A stretch of 64,000 bases of DNA. Origin: an uncultured Nitrososphaerota archaeon (lineage in GTDB: Archaea; Thermoproteota; Methanomethylicia; Methanomethylicales; Methanomethylicaceae). The notes below the pieces were generated by a model. The model did not search any database. It was not told the DNA's origin and was given only the letters and a program-made list of their open reading frames with translations. This document shows, one piece after another, positions 37,995 through 47,790 of the stretch; within the stretch, counting starts at the first letter, position 1; each line of letters opens with the position of its first letter. The stretch spans positions 3,378 through 67,377 of the forward strand of contig CAZWMA010000009.1 in NCBI GenBank assembly GCA_964634735.1, written 5' to 3'. The translations under genes were made by a program, and so were the position numbers.

Positions 37995-38618
37995 TCATTC
38001 TTTGGCAGGCAGGTCGGCAACGGACAGCAGGAGCGGAAGCACTGCCTTCACGATGGTGTTGTGGACTTCATCGAGAGGCTTGCTTGCATCCACGACATCG
38101 TAGCCCATCCGGGCAGCCCTCTCGAGGAAGCGGGCCCTCACACTGGACAGGAATGCGGCCCTCTCGAAGCGCTCCCTTGGCGAGGTCTTTCGCTTCAGCG
38201 AAATCTCCGGGTCGATGTCCATTATTATCGTTAGATCCGGCTTCAGCGCGAAGCGGTTTATGGCCAGCACCCAGCTCTCGCTTAGCCCTTGGGAGGTCTG
38301 GTACGCAACTGATGACTCGAGGTACCTGTCAGAGACGACAATCTTCTTGGACTCGAGCCAGCCCCTGACCAGGCGGCAGGAGTGGTCTACGCGATCCGCT
38401 GCGAAGAGCAGGGCGTCCAGCGCCGGCAGGCCGTCGTCGTTTCCGAGGTAGCCCCTGATCACAGGTTCGACCTTCCCTTCAGGGTTTGGTTCCTTCGTTG
38501 CGACAGAATCAAAACCCTTCTCCCTGAGGAGATCGACCAGCATCTTGGTCTGCGTCGATGAGCCGGAGCCGTCAACCCCTTCGAGGGCGATAAATAACCC
38601 GCGCTTGATCTGAAGCAT
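37995..38618 (-). CDS. tmk: Thymidylate kinase
   Basis: EGVDGSGSST, LLFAADR.DH, DRY..SS.AYQ, PDL. Confidence 0.94.
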   Translation of the reverse strand: MLQIKRGLFIALEGVDGSGSSTQTKMLVDLLREKGFDSVATKEPNPEGKVEPVIRGYLGNDDGLPALDALLFAADRVDHSCRLVRGWLESKKIVVSDRYLESSVAYQTSQGLSESWVLAINRFALKPDLTIIMDIDPEISLKRKTSPRERFERAAFLSSVRARFLERAARMGYDVVDASKPLDEVHNTIVKAVLPLLLSVADLPAKE

Positions 38619-38678
38619 GCTCTGATATTTGGGTGGGACCGATTATATTTTTATCGAAAGAGAGCGAGATGGTAAGGT

Positions 38679-39452
38679 ATGGTCAAAGCAAGGGCTGAGG
38701 GCGCGAGCCGGGGAGGGCAGGGGACGCTGGCGAGCTACATCAAGAAAGGCACGGCCCAGGAGAAGGTCATCATAGTCACTGACCACAGGGAGAACGGCAC
38801 GCCATTCGTCCAAGAGCTCATCAAGCTCGGGGTCCAGCTCGAGTTCAAGGCACTCAAGGTGGGGGATTACATCGTCTCGGACGATGTGGCGGTTGAGAGG
38901 AAGACGCTCAACGACTTTGTTAGCTCGATAATAGACAGGAGGCTGTTCGAGCAGGCGCGGGCAATGAAGGATTCATATTCGAGGCCGCTCCTGCTCATAG
39001 AGAACGAGGAGGTGATGGAGCGGGGCATATCGAAGGAGGCGATGAGGGGGGCGCTGCTCAGCGTCGTGCTGGACATCGGAGTCCCTGCGCTAATCGGGAG
39101 GGACACTGCGGACGCCGCGGAGACGCTCGTCGCGATAGCCAAGAGGGAGCAGAGGGGGGCGCCCAACGGGCCTTCGCTCAAGGACCGGAGGAAGCCCCAG
39201 ACGCCTGACGGGGAGAGGGAGTACGTCGTCGCCAGCCTCCCTTTCGTCGAGGCCACCCTTGCCAAGAGGCTCCTTGAGGCGTTCAAGACTGTGGAAGGGG
39301 TATTCTCGGCAAGCGAGGAGGACCTTCAAAAGATAGACAAGATCGGCCCGAAGAAGGCTAAGAGGATAAGGGAGCTCGCCGCCGGCGAGTACGGGAAGTC
39401 TGCGGCGGATGCCAAGAGTGGAAGCGGCAAGGGAGCCAAGGCGAAGGGCTGA
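38679..39452 (+). CDS. xpf: Short-form XPF/ERCC4 structure-specific endonuclease
   Basis: DHRE, GDY..S...AVERKT..DF..SI.D.RLF.Q, tandem HhH; no helicase domain. Confidence 0.92.
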   Translation: MVKARAEGASRGGQGTLASYIKKGTAQEKVIIVTDHRENGTPFVQELIKLGVQLEFKALKVGDYIVSDDVAVERKTLNDFVSSIIDRRLFEQARAMKDSYSRPLLLIENEEVMERGISKEAMRGALLSVVLDIGVPALIGRDTADAAETLVAIAKREQRGAPNGPSLKDRRKPQTPDGEREYVVASLPFVEATLAKRLLEAFKTVEGVFSASEEDLQKIDKIGPKKAKRIRELAAGEYGKSAADAKSGSGKGAKAKG

Positions 39453-39459
39453 GTCGGGG

Positions 39460-39813
39460 TTACTTCTTGTCCTTGCGGACGCGTTCTAGCAGGTCGTAAA
39501 GCGAGGTCATTGTCTTTGAGAGCTTGTCCAACTCTTCAGGGTCGTCGCTTTCGGCTATCTTGAGCTTGATCTGTGAAATCTTCGCCAGGAGTATGGACTC
39601 AAGCTCGGAGGACTCCTCCGCTGCTGCCCTGACCTTCTCGACCTCGTTGGGCTTTGCGAAGACCGCCTTCCTTCCGCATCCCGCGCAAATGATGGAACCG
39701 TCGGTCAGCTTGAACAGGGGCGTCTTGCAGTCGGGGCATGATTGCGAGAGCATGATAGAGCCGCCCCTCAGGAGCGCCGCCATCTTCTTGACTTTGTCAT
39801 CGTTGGTGCTCGT
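39460..39813 (-). CDS. UPF0148 / Sjogren autoantigen-1-like zinc-ribbon protein
   Basis: KMA.LLR.G..ML...CP.C..PLF......C..C; first ATG at 39783, possible ACG start at 39813. Confidence 0.85.
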   Translation of the reverse strand, partial: TSTNDDKVKKMAALLRGGSIMLSQSCPDCKTPLFKLTDGSIICAGCGRKAVFAKPNEVEKVRAAAEESSELESILLAKISQIKLKIAESDDPEELDKLSKTMTSLYDLLERVRKDKK

Positions 39814-39882
39814 TTGTCAGCCCCCGAGTAAAAATAATATAAGGAGGGCTATATGCTATTTGCTGGTAATAAGGTGGTTTAA

Positions 39883-40137
39883 ATGGTCGATGATAAAATG
39901 GCGCAGGCGCTAAATATCCTCCAGAAGATAGCAGACGATAACGGAGTGCCGCGAAACATAAGGAGGGCAGCGACTGAGGCTATGAAGGTGCTTCAGGGCA
40001 AGGTCTACACGGGCGCCGTCAAGGCATCGAATGCAATCAGCATCCTTGAGGAGTGCGGGCAGGATCCGAACATGCCGCTCTTTGCGAGGACTGCAATCTG
40101 GCAGGCAATCAGCTTCCTTGAGCAGATCAGGGACTGA
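39883..40137 (+). CDS. UPF0147 family protein
   Basis: I.DD..VPRNIRRAA, A.NAIS.LEE...DPNMP..AR..IW. Confidence 0.92.
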   Translation: MVDDKMAQALNILQKIADDNGVPRNIRRAATEAMKVLQGKVYTGAVKASNAISILEECGQDPNMPLFARTAIWQAISFLEQIRD

Positions 40138-40221
40138 GCTTAGCTAAGCCCGATTTTTTATTGTGCTTTTACATTGTGCAGCGGAGCGTCCCGCTTGTGC
40201 ACTGCCCAGTCCATCGCTGGT

Positions 40222-41022
40222 TCATTGCACCCGGATTATCGACAGAGCCTCGGCGCACGCGCCTTTTGATCCGGCAACGAGCGATACCCTCTGCTTTAGG
40301 TCGAGGGGGCAGTCCAACTCCTTCCCATCGAGCCCCAGCGTGACGCCTCCGGCTTCCTTGAGAATAATGATCGCCGCGGCTATGTCGGTCACCCTTAGCA
40401 GCCCCCTGTTGTCTGCATAGAGGTCGAGGGCGCCGCTTGCGACGTAGCTCAGCTCGAGGGCGGCGGACCCCATGTTGCGCACGTGCTTGACGGCAAGACA
40501 CAGCCCGGTCATCTCCTTGAACCTCTTCCTATTGCCCATCACGTTCAGGTCAACGCCGATCAGCGCGCCCTGCAGGGAGGCGGGATTGTTAGTTCTTATT
40601 GGCTTCCCGTCGAGAAGAGCGCCCCTGCCGCGTTCGCCCGTGAAGAGCCGCCCGGAGGGGAGTTCGAGGACGGCGCCGGCATAAACATCGCGCATCGTTG
40701 GCCCGCTCGAGACAGCGACAGATATCGAGTAGAAGCTGATGCCCCTCGTTGCGTTGGTAGTGCCGTCGATTGGGTCCAGCACGATCAGAGGGTAGTCGCT
40801 GGAGCCGAAGCGCTTCTCGCCGAGCTCCTCGCTGACCAGCCTGCCGCTGAAGCCAATGCCCTCCAGGTACGCGACGCAGGCAGCTTCTGCGGTCGAGTCA
40901 ATGACCTTCGTGAAGTCGCCGCTAGCGCCTTGCCTGAGAACCTGCCCTGCTGCGTCCTGTGACAATGCCGAGATTGCCTCCCGCTCAGCATTGCATATCC
41001 CTCGAAGAAGGCTGAGAGTCAT
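40222..41022 (-). CDS. suhB: Inositol monophosphatase / FBPase class IV family
   Basis: GD.T..ID..AE, SEE.G, DPIDGTTN, R..GSAALEL.YVA.G..D, DIAA. Confidence 0.9.
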   Translation of the reverse strand: MTLSLLRGICNAEREAISALSQDAAGQVLRQGASGDFTKVIDSTAEAACVAYLEGIGFSGRLVSEELGEKRFGSSDYPLIVLDPIDGTTNATRGISFYSISVAVSSGPTMRDVYAGAVLELPSGRLFTGERGRGALLDGKPIRTNNPASLQGALIGVDLNVMGNRKRFKEMTGLCLAVKHVRNMGSAALELSYVASGALDLYADNRGLLRVTDIAAAIIILKEAGGVTLGLDGKELDCPLDLKQRVSLVAGSKGACAEALSIIRVQ

Positions 41023-41066
41023 AGCTGTAAGAATATATGTAAGCATTTTTAAATTATTAGGAACAA

Positions 41067-41151
41067 GCGGGGGTTGCCAAGCCAGGTCAAAGGCGTAAGG
41101 CTCAGGACCTTATGGCGAAGGCCTTCGTGGGTTCGAATCCCACTCCCCGCA
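41067..41151 (+). tRNA. tRNA-Leu (CAG), intron-less, long variable arm, CCA not encoded
   Basis: Acceptor GCGGGGG/CTCCCGC-type pairing, anticodon arm TAAGG-CTCAGGA-CCTTA, T arm GTGGG-TTCGAAT-CCCAC. Confidence 0.96.
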
Positions 41152-41263
41152 CTACCGTTTATGCCGCGCTTCAGATTCGCTTGGTAAGTCTTTTATGAAA
41201 CCTGCATGCACGTGATAGAAACAGGAATGATTGTTTTTCCTTTTTTCGAGTGGGTGCAGACAG

Positions 41264-42133
41264 ATGTGCCAATGGTGTATGAAACACGGTGCTGGCGGCA
41301 AGTGGTATATGAACGCCAGAAATTATTCCAACGAGCTCGCGGACAGCATCCAGGCGAAGGAGTACCTGACCGAGCAGTGGAAGAACTTCGAGCAGGTTTA
41401 CATAAGGAAAGTCATGGGGATATCCTCAATCGACCTCGGCTACAAGCTGCAGATGCCTATCATCGGGAAGGTCCTGCGCTGGCAGGTGGAGAAGATGATC
41501 CACAGCGAGTCGAAGGGCAGGAAGCCGAACAGGGCGGACGGCCACTTCGGGCAGGTTATCCCGCTCGAGGACGCGAAGGCAATACTGGGGAACCTTGCTG
41601 CCGAGCCAATCATCGAGAACTACTGCATGTGCAGGTGGATGCAGAGGGGGATCAAGGAGGCGTGCTGCATAAACTTCGGCAACCTCTCTGGGGTAATCGA
41701 GAAGCTCCCCCGGTTCATACCCAAGAACAACGTCTACAAGCTGGACCGCGAGGAGGCGATAAAGAGGCTGGAGAAGCACAACCGGAAGGGCTACGTCGCA
41801 TCGGTCTGGTTCCAGCCAGTGCCGTACATCAACGCCATCTGCTCCTGCGAGAACCCGGAGTGCGGCGGGATGAGGCTGAGGAACGATTTCGGGCTCAATA
41901 CGGTCTACAAGTCGGAGTACGTCATACAGACTGATGCGGAGAGCTGCAAAGGCTGCGCACTCTGCATATCGAAGTGCCAGTTTGGCGCGCTGAGGTTCAT
42001 CTCGTCCCTGAAGAGGGTGATGGTGGACCAGACGAAGTGCTGGGGCTGCGGAGTCTGCAGGCACATGTGCCGGCAGGAGGCCCTCAAGATAGTCCCGAGA
42101 GAGTCGGTCCCAGTGGCGAAGGGGATGTTCTAG
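41264..42133 (+). CDS. 4Fe-4S dicluster-domain protein
   Basis: N-terminal MCQWCMKHG..GKWY, central C.CR...C and IC.C...C, C-terminal CxxCxxCxxxC twice. Confidence 0.8.
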   Translation: MCQWCMKHGAGGKWYMNARNYSNELADSIQAKEYLTEQWKNFEQVYIRKVMGISSIDLGYKLQMPIIGKVLRWQVEKMIHSESKGRKPNRADGHFGQVIPLEDAKAILGNLAAEPIIENYCMCRWMQRGIKEACCINFGNLSGVIEKLPRFIPKNNVYKLDREEAIKRLEKHNRKGYVASVWFQPVPYINAICSCENPECGGMRLRNDFGLNTVYKSEYVIQTDAESCKGCALCISKCQFGALRFISSLKRVMVDQTKCWGCGVCRHMCRQEALKIVPRESVPVAKGMF

Positions 42134-42145
42134 GGGAGCGGTCGT

Positions 42146-42394
42146 ATGGGGAGCCCAAAAGTAAAGGTGGACTATGCGAAGTGCGGCGAGAAGGGGAAGG
42201 TTGACCCTAGGGCATGCTGCAAGTGCCTGAAGGCATGCGACCCGGCTATATTCATAATGCACGAGCCGGTTGGATTGGATCAGGATTACATCGACCCGCA
42301 GATGTGGAGGATAACCCCGGTCTGGCTGTCGCTCTGCACCAGATGCATGAAGTGCGTCGAGGTATGCCCGGAGAAGGCAATAACGGTAGACTGA
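42146..42394 (+). CDS. Small ferredoxin-like protein
   Basis: C..C...C.P and CTRCMKCVEVCP motifs. Confidence 0.8.
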   Translation: MGSPKVKVDYAKCGEKGKVDPRACCKCLKACDPAIFIMHEPVGLDQDYIDPQMWRITPVWLSLCTRCMKCVEVCPEKAITVD

Positions 42395-42426
42395 CGGGAT
42401 GGGAAAAGAGAGGCGCTTTTGGCGCC

Positions 42427-43338
42427 TTAGAATTTCTTTACGAGGTATTCGGCTACGCCGTAGCCTTCTTTACCTTCGTATTCGTACCTTGCCAGCGGTT
42501 CGTATAGGACCGACAGGCTCTTCCCATCAGTGGACTGGAACGGAAGCGCGGCTTTCCGGATTGCGGTCGCTGTTACTGAGTGCGCATGCCCCTCCTTGTC
42601 GGTGAGGACCATGCTCAAAGACGCTGGCGAGCCGTCCTCTGCATAATCAGTGTGTATGTCGGCCTTGACCAGTGGCACGTTCCTCCCCTTCAGGTGTATG
42701 AATCCGGCGTCGACCTCGCCCTGGGGCACGACTAGCTTGGTGACGTTGAGGGCATAGTCGTTGGAGAACTGGCACGTGAGCCATATCCACATGTTGGGGG
42801 CGTTCCATTCCCGGACGCCCCAGGAGTGGTCCCTCTCGCCCATGCCGTTTATGATGTACTCCTTCCCGGCTATATTCAGCACGCCAGTTACCCTGCCGAA
42901 CTGCTCCAGATGCTCAGAGGCAACGCTCTGCGAGATCTGCTCCTTGATGCCGCTGACGCACTCCCTGTAGTTGAATATCTTGTTCACGGTCTCGAACCCT
43001 ATGGAGAAGGAGACATTCACCGGGACTGGCTTTGCTCCGCCGAGGAGGGCCAGGCGTCCGCTGAAGTTCAGCGCCCACTTCTTCTCGGGGAATATCTTGA
43101 CGAAGGAGAGCCCCCTTGCGGAGAGCTCCATGTTTGTGAGCGGCTCCTTGTCCTTTATCCCGATAAGCGAGCTGTCAGGCATCAGGAAGCAGCAGAAGAC
43201 TTCCTTCTCCTTCTTGTTCGGTTTCAGCCCTATCCTCATGAAGGCGAAGATTCCGCTCTCCCTGTCGTAGAAGTTGAAGTAGAAGCTCTCGTTCCATTCC
43301 AGATGGCTGCCAACAGGGTGTATTATGTCGGTGCTCAA
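42427..43338 (-). CDS. DUF7064/DUF7065-like beta-barrel protein (CrtC/AttH-like fold)
   Basis: WNES.YF.F.D, H.EQ.G...G, G.G.RDHSWG.R.W motifs; GGAGGA before TTG. Confidence 0.65.
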   Translation of the reverse strand: MSTDIIHPVGSHLEWNESFYFNFYDRESGIFAFMRIGLKPNKKEKEVFCCFLMPDSSLIGIKDKEPLTNMELSARGLSFVKIFPEKKWALNFSGRLALLGGAKPVPVNVSFSIGFETVNKIFNYRECVSGIKEQISQSVASEHLEQFGRVTGVLNIAGKEYIINGMGERDHSWGVREWNAPNMWIWLTCQFSNDYALNVTKLVVPQGEVDAGFIHLKGRNVPLVKADIHTDYAEDGSPASLSMVLTDKEGHAHSVTATAIRKAALPFQSTDGKSLSVLYEPLARYEYEGKEGYGVAEYLVKKF

Positions 43339-43341
43339 TGC

Positions 43342-45960
43342 TCATTCCTCCATTATGAAGATCACGCCGTCGTTGCCATCAATAGTTATTCGCTGCCCTG
43401 TCTTGAAGATTTGCTTCGCGCCCTTGACGGCGGTGACGGCGGGTATGCCGTACTCCCTTGAGACGACGGCACCGTGCGAGAGTATGCCGCCGGTCTCCGT
43501 TATCAGCCCTGCGAGCTGCGAGAAGACGGGCGTCCATCCAGGATCAGTGTTCGAGGTGACGAGTATCTCGCCGCTCTTGACGGTATGGATCTCGTCAATG
43601 GATTCCACAACCCTGACGCGCCCGGTGGCGACGCCTGGACTGGCAGAGGTCCCTGTGACCTTGAGGACGTTGCCCTTCTGCACGACCGTGTCGTCGAACT
43701 CGATCTTTCCCTTGAGGAACTTCTGCGGGAGGATGTCCCGGTACCTGTCGAAGTCAGCTCTCCTGTCGGTTACCGCTTGCTTCATGTCTGTCAGCTCGCC
43801 TTTTGCCATGGCGAATATCTCCTCCTTGGAGAGGAAGAAGATGTCGTCCTGTCTGGTTATCATGCTGCGCTCGGCGAACCTTCTGCCGTATTCCATGAAT
43901 ATGCGCCTCTGGCGGCTGATCATGTGGTCAAGGTAGAAGCGCTGGTTCTCTCGGAATATCAGGTAGGTCTGTGCATACCTGAGTATGATCTTGAAGATTT
44001 GCTTCTTGATGAAGCCGAAACGGACCTTTGAGATCCTGCGGGAAATCTCTTGCTCCGCCTCGATCCGCTTCGCCAGAGTCTCCTTCTCCATGCGCTCCAC
44101 ATCGATGTCGGGCGCCGCGGATAGCGACTTCAGGATGTCCACAACCAGCGTCGGGTCGTCCGCCCATCTCGGGAAGTATATCTCACGCGTGTGTGACCTG
44201 TGCCCGTACTCATTCAGGAACGATTCGAACTCAGCTTTGAAGGCATTTAGGGCGGGGTTAGAGCGCACTTCGTTGAGGAACTCTGACGAAGGATTGGACT
44301 GGATCGGGCCTATCAGCAGGGGGTTATTCCTTACGGATCTTGCCAGCACTATGAGGGCGTTGTTCGTGAGGATAGTCTTGTTGTCTGGCAGCCCGGAGAC
44401 GATGCTTGCATATAATGAGCCGTTCTTATCGCCTGCCCAGTCGTAAAGCCACTGCTTGGCTATTAGGTTCATGCCAATGCTATGCGTGACCATGCCATAG
44501 CGGATGAGGCGGTAATGCTTCAGGAAGGCTTGGACCTGGGACGCGTACTCTTCGTAGAGAGCCTCGTCGGAGATGGTTTTGAGGTCAAGCGAGTCGAACC
44601 GCGCCATCTTCTCGAGGTATCCAGCAGCCCATTTCCTGTACGCCTTGTCGGTTTTGGTGATCATCCCGTCGGAGTCCTTGAATGCGATCCTTACCTCAGA
44701 CAACACGCGCCTGAGGAGCTTCGTCTTCGCGTCCCTGATGCGGTCCTGGTCCTTCTCCGGGAAGTAGTTGAGCAGCTCTTTTGTCCTGGAGAATTTGGGG
44801 TTGAAGGTGAAGACTGCCTCAAGGACTGCGGCGTTGAAGTAAATGTGCCCCTTATAGAGCTTTAGGAGCTCGAGTCCTTTCAACTCCCAATATCCCATTA
44901 TGCCGTAGCCCTCTTCTAGGACGTATTTGGAGAGCCACTCGCCGAGCCACGAGTAGAATAGTGGCGAGGTCACATCCGACCAGTACTCGTCGCCGTATGC
45001 CCTGGTCCATAGGGTCTCTTCGCCCTTCCCAATAGTGGTGATGGGCCGGGACTGGAGTATGAATAGGTGACCGCCGTCTATCGACCATTCGATGTCTTGT
45101 GGAGACCCAAAGTGGGATTCGATGCTGATCCCCAGAGATGCGAGGTCTTTTGCCTCGTTGTCGGTGATTGAGGTGGAGTTCTGCTTCGGCCCCTCGATCG
45201 CGACGGGCGTTTTGCCGGAGAGGTATATCGCCTTCGTCTTCTTGTTAATCTTCTTTTCAGATATCTTGAGGCTGCTTTTGTCGAGAAGGAACCGATCGGG
45301 GCTGACGATGCCTGAGACTATCGCTTCCCCGAGGCCCCAGCTTGACTCTATGATGATGGAGCCGGGATTGCCCGAGACCGGGTCGCTGGTGAACATTACG
45401 CCCGATGATGATGCATTTACCATAGACTGGATCACGACGGCTATCCCGCTCCCCATTTGGGGAATCCCAACATTGTGGCGGTAGGCAATCGCGCGCTCGT
45501 TCCAGTATGACCCCCAGCACATCCTTGCCATCTCTGCCACGTCCTCCGGTTTGACGTTCAGGTACGTGTCCTGCTGCCCTGCGAACGAAGCCCCCGGAAG
45601 GTCCTCCGAGACGGCTGATGAGCGGACTGCCCACAGCGAGCCAGGAAAGCCGCTGACCGCCGAGGCGACCTCGTCGAGGAGCCCTGGATCGATGAGGCCT
45701 GATGCTATAGCGGATTTTATTCGGGACGAGCATTCGGAGAGCGCCCTCTCGTCGTTGAGGTCATATTTGGAGAGAATATCCTTGATCTCTGCCCTAAGCG
45801 AATTGGAGTCGAGGAAGCGGTCATACTCCCCCACAGGTATTATGACCCCGTCAGGGACTGGAAATCCTGCGGCATGGAGCGCTGCGAGGTTTGCGGCTTT
45901 TCCGCCTACAACACTAGCGTTTGCTTGTGCGGAGGATGAGATTGGGATGAGACGGCTCAA
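43342..45960 (-). CDS. PEP-utilising enzyme of rifampicin-phosphotransferase/PigC architecture (ATP-grasp, substrate domain, C-terminal phospho-His swivel)
   Basis: GGKA.NL, AVRSSA..ED....SFAGQ.DT.LNV, WGLGE.IVSG, DIEW, LQSRPITT; C-terminal TE.GG.LSHGAVVSREYGIPAV. Confidence 0.85.
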   Translation of the reverse strand: MSRLIPISSSAQANASVVGGKAANLAALHAAGFPVPDGVIIPVGEYDRFLDSNSLRAEIKDILSKYDLNDERALSECSSRIKSAIASGLIDPGLLDEVASAVSGFPGSLWAVRSSAVSEDLPGASFAGQQDTYLNVKPEDVAEMARMCWGSYWNERAIAYRHNVGIPQMGSGIAVVIQSMVNASSSGVMFTSDPVSGNPGSIIIESSWGLGEAIVSGIVSPDRFLLDKSSLKISEKKINKKTKAIYLSGKTPVAIEGPKQNSTSITDNEAKDLASLGISIESHFGSPQDIEWSIDGGHLFILQSRPITTIGKGEETLWTRAYGDEYWSDVTSPLFYSWLGEWLSKYVLEEGYGIMGYWELKGLELLKLYKGHIYFNAAVLEAVFTFNPKFSRTKELLNYFPEKDQDRIRDAKTKLLRRVLSEVRIAFKDSDGMITKTDKAYRKWAAGYLEKMARFDSLDLKTISDEALYEEYASQVQAFLKHYRLIRYGMVTHSIGMNLIAKQWLYDWAGDKNGSLYASIVSGLPDNKTILTNNALIVLARSVRNNPLLIGPIQSNPSSEFLNEVRSNPALNAFKAEFESFLNEYGHRSHTREIYFPRWADDPTLVVDILKSLSAAPDIDVERMEKETLAKRIEAEQEISRRISKVRFGFIKKQIFKIILRYAQTYLIFRENQRFYLDHMISRQRRIFMEYGRRFAERSMITRQDDIFFLSKEEIFAMAKGELTDMKQAVTDRRADFDRYRDILPQKFLKGKIEFDDTVVQKGNVLKVTGTSASPGVATGRVRVVESIDEIHTVKSGEILVTSNTDPGWTPVFSQLAGLITETGGILSHGAVVSREYGIPAVTAVKGAKQIFKTGQRITIDGNDGVIFIMEE

Positions 45961-46056
45961 CAGGTTTGCCAAGATAATCATCAACAACTGACGTATATTA
46001 GTTCGACAATTTTGTTCGTCAGTGCTATTATATATTGCGAGTGGAAGCGCGTCAGA

Positions 46057-46953
46057 TCATTTGAGTACCTTGCCAGTCTTGATGTACCAGAGGTAAAGGT
46101 CCAGGTCCGCCTGCGTTATGTTAAGCTTGAGCGCGATGGCAGAAAGGAGGCGCTCTATCTCGAGGTAACGCTTCCTTGTGAGCGCTTTCGAGGGGTCGAT
46201 TAACCCCTTTCCCGCAAGGTAAGAGAGGATGTGCCGGTCGATTATTGCGACATCCTTGAATCCAATGTTCCGCAGGAAGTGGCTAGCCTCCTTAAATCCG
46301 ATCCCCTTGACATTGTCCGCGAGCCACTCTCTCGCCGCAGACCCGCTGGAGAAGCCATCAAGCATCCCGCCTAATTTGCCGCATATGCATTGGGCTTCCG
46401 CGATGAACTCCGCGCGCTTGTTTGGGAATCGATGCCCCATTGCTTTCAGCTTGGCGGCCAATTCGTCCCTGCTTGCGCCCGGGAAGTCGCGCGAGAGGGC
46501 TTTCTGTATCCGCAGACCGCCCTCCGCGGTGTAGTTGGCGGTCAGGATGCAGAAGCAGAGCTCGCTGAAAACGGCGCTTTCCGAGCTTCTGATGGCCATG
46601 AACTCGCCTTCCCGCTGCTTGACTATCCCTCTTACGGCGCCCATAGCGCTTGAAATCTCGCCCAAGAAGTCCAGCTTGACGATCTGGGCGCGGCAACTCC
46701 TGTCTGCAGGCGCCATTGGGGCGAGATCCCAGAGGGCATGGGGGTGCCCAGACCGGGCTTCGAGAATTGATAAGAAGTCGTCGATGTAGTCAAAGAGGCA
46801 GCAGCTCGCGCAGGCATCTCCACTCATCAATGCCACGAGGACTGGGCCGTCAGCTTTGGTCACCTCGATGGCAGATTCATGGGAGAACCGGCGATTGAAG
46901 TCATCAACGGCAAGAAGTGTGCAGTCATCGGGATCTGAGTGGTGTGCGTTCAT
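46057..46953 (-). CDS. ogg: 8-oxoguanine DNA glycosylase/lyase (OGG2 family) with extra N-terminal CxxC domain
   Basis: F.ELCFCILTAN.TAEGG.RIQ, GHRF...RA, KGIG.KEASHFLRN.G, DRHIL, terminal LWY.KTGKVLK. Confidence 0.92.
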   Translation of the reverse strand: MNAHHSDPDDCTLLAVDDFNRRFSHESAIEVTKADGPVLVALMSGDACASCCLFDYIDDFLSILEARSGHPHALWDLAPMAPADRSCRAQIVKLDFLGEISSAMGAVRGIVKQREGEFMAIRSSESAVFSELCFCILTANYTAEGGLRIQKALSRDFPGASRDELAAKLKAMGHRFPNKRAEFIAEAQCICGKLGGMLDGFSSGSAAREWLADNVKGIGFKEASHFLRNIGFKDVAIIDRHILSYLAGKGLIDPSKALTRKRYLEIERLLSAIALKLNITQADLDLYLWYIKTGKVLK

Positions 46954-47098
46954 GGAGATCAGCCCATACAGTTGCGCTGCAAGCGCTCAATCGTGCATCG
47001 GGTAATACACATGTGCAGAGGGATTTTAGGTTGACGCCCGGATTCGGGGACGTTTAAAGCTTATATTTTAGCTCAAGCAGTAATAAAGCGGGATAAAA

Positions 47099-47752
47099 AT
47101 GTCAGAAAATATGAGGTTGCCCCTTATAGGCGATAAGGCTCCAGAATTTTTAGCACAGACAACAAAGGGAATGATAAGCTTCCCGAAGGATTACAGAGGC
47201 AAATGGGTAATACTCTTCAGCCATCCGGCGGACTTCACGCCTGTCTGCACGAGCGAGTTCTATTCATTCGCAACGAGGTTCAACGAATTCAAGGCGCTGA
47301 ATGCAGAGCTGATAGGGCTTTCGATCGATCAAGTTTATTCCCATATGAAGTGGACCGAGTGGATAAAGGAGAAGCTCGGCAAGGAGGTCCCGTTCCCGGT
47401 CATTGCGGATAGCATAGGAAAGATAGCAGCGCAGTACGGCATGCTGCATCCGGAGGCGAAGGGGACGCAGGCAGTGAGGGCGGTCTTCTTCATCGACACG
47501 GAAAGCTTTGTCAGGGCAATCATCTACTACCCGCTCTCCATAGGCAGGAACATGGATGAGATCTTAAGGCTGCTGAAAGCGCTGCAGGTTAGCGATAAGG
47601 AGGGTGTGTCACTTCCAGCCAACTGGCCAAAGAACGAGCTCATCGGAGACAGGGGCATAATACCTCCGCCAGGAAACGAAGAAGATGCAAAAGAGAGGCT
47701 GAAGAAGTACGAAGGCTTTGACTGGTGGTTCTGCCACCGGAAAATCGAATAA
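47099..47752 (+). CDS. Peroxiredoxin (archaeal Prx6-type)
   Basis: [22 protein letters not shown]...GRN.DE, PANWP, WWFC. Confidence 0.95.
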   Translation: MSENMRLPLIGDKAPEFLAQTTKGMISFPKDYRGKWVILFSHPADFTPVCTSEFYSFATRFNEFKALNAELIGLSIDQVYSHMKWTEWIKEKLGKEVPFPVIADSIGKIAAQYGMLHPEAKGTQAVRAVFFIDTESFVRAIIYYPLSIGRNMDEILRLLKALQVSDKEGVSLPANWPKNELIGDRGIIPPPGNEEDAKERLKKYEGFDWWFCHRKIE

Positions 47753-47790
47753 AGCATAATGAAAAAACAGTATGTATGGTGATATGAAAG

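Noticed and set aside
41131-46056. Integrative element at tRNA-Leu
   Set aside because: No duplicated tRNA 3' fragment and no integrase seen; only the adjacency is reported.
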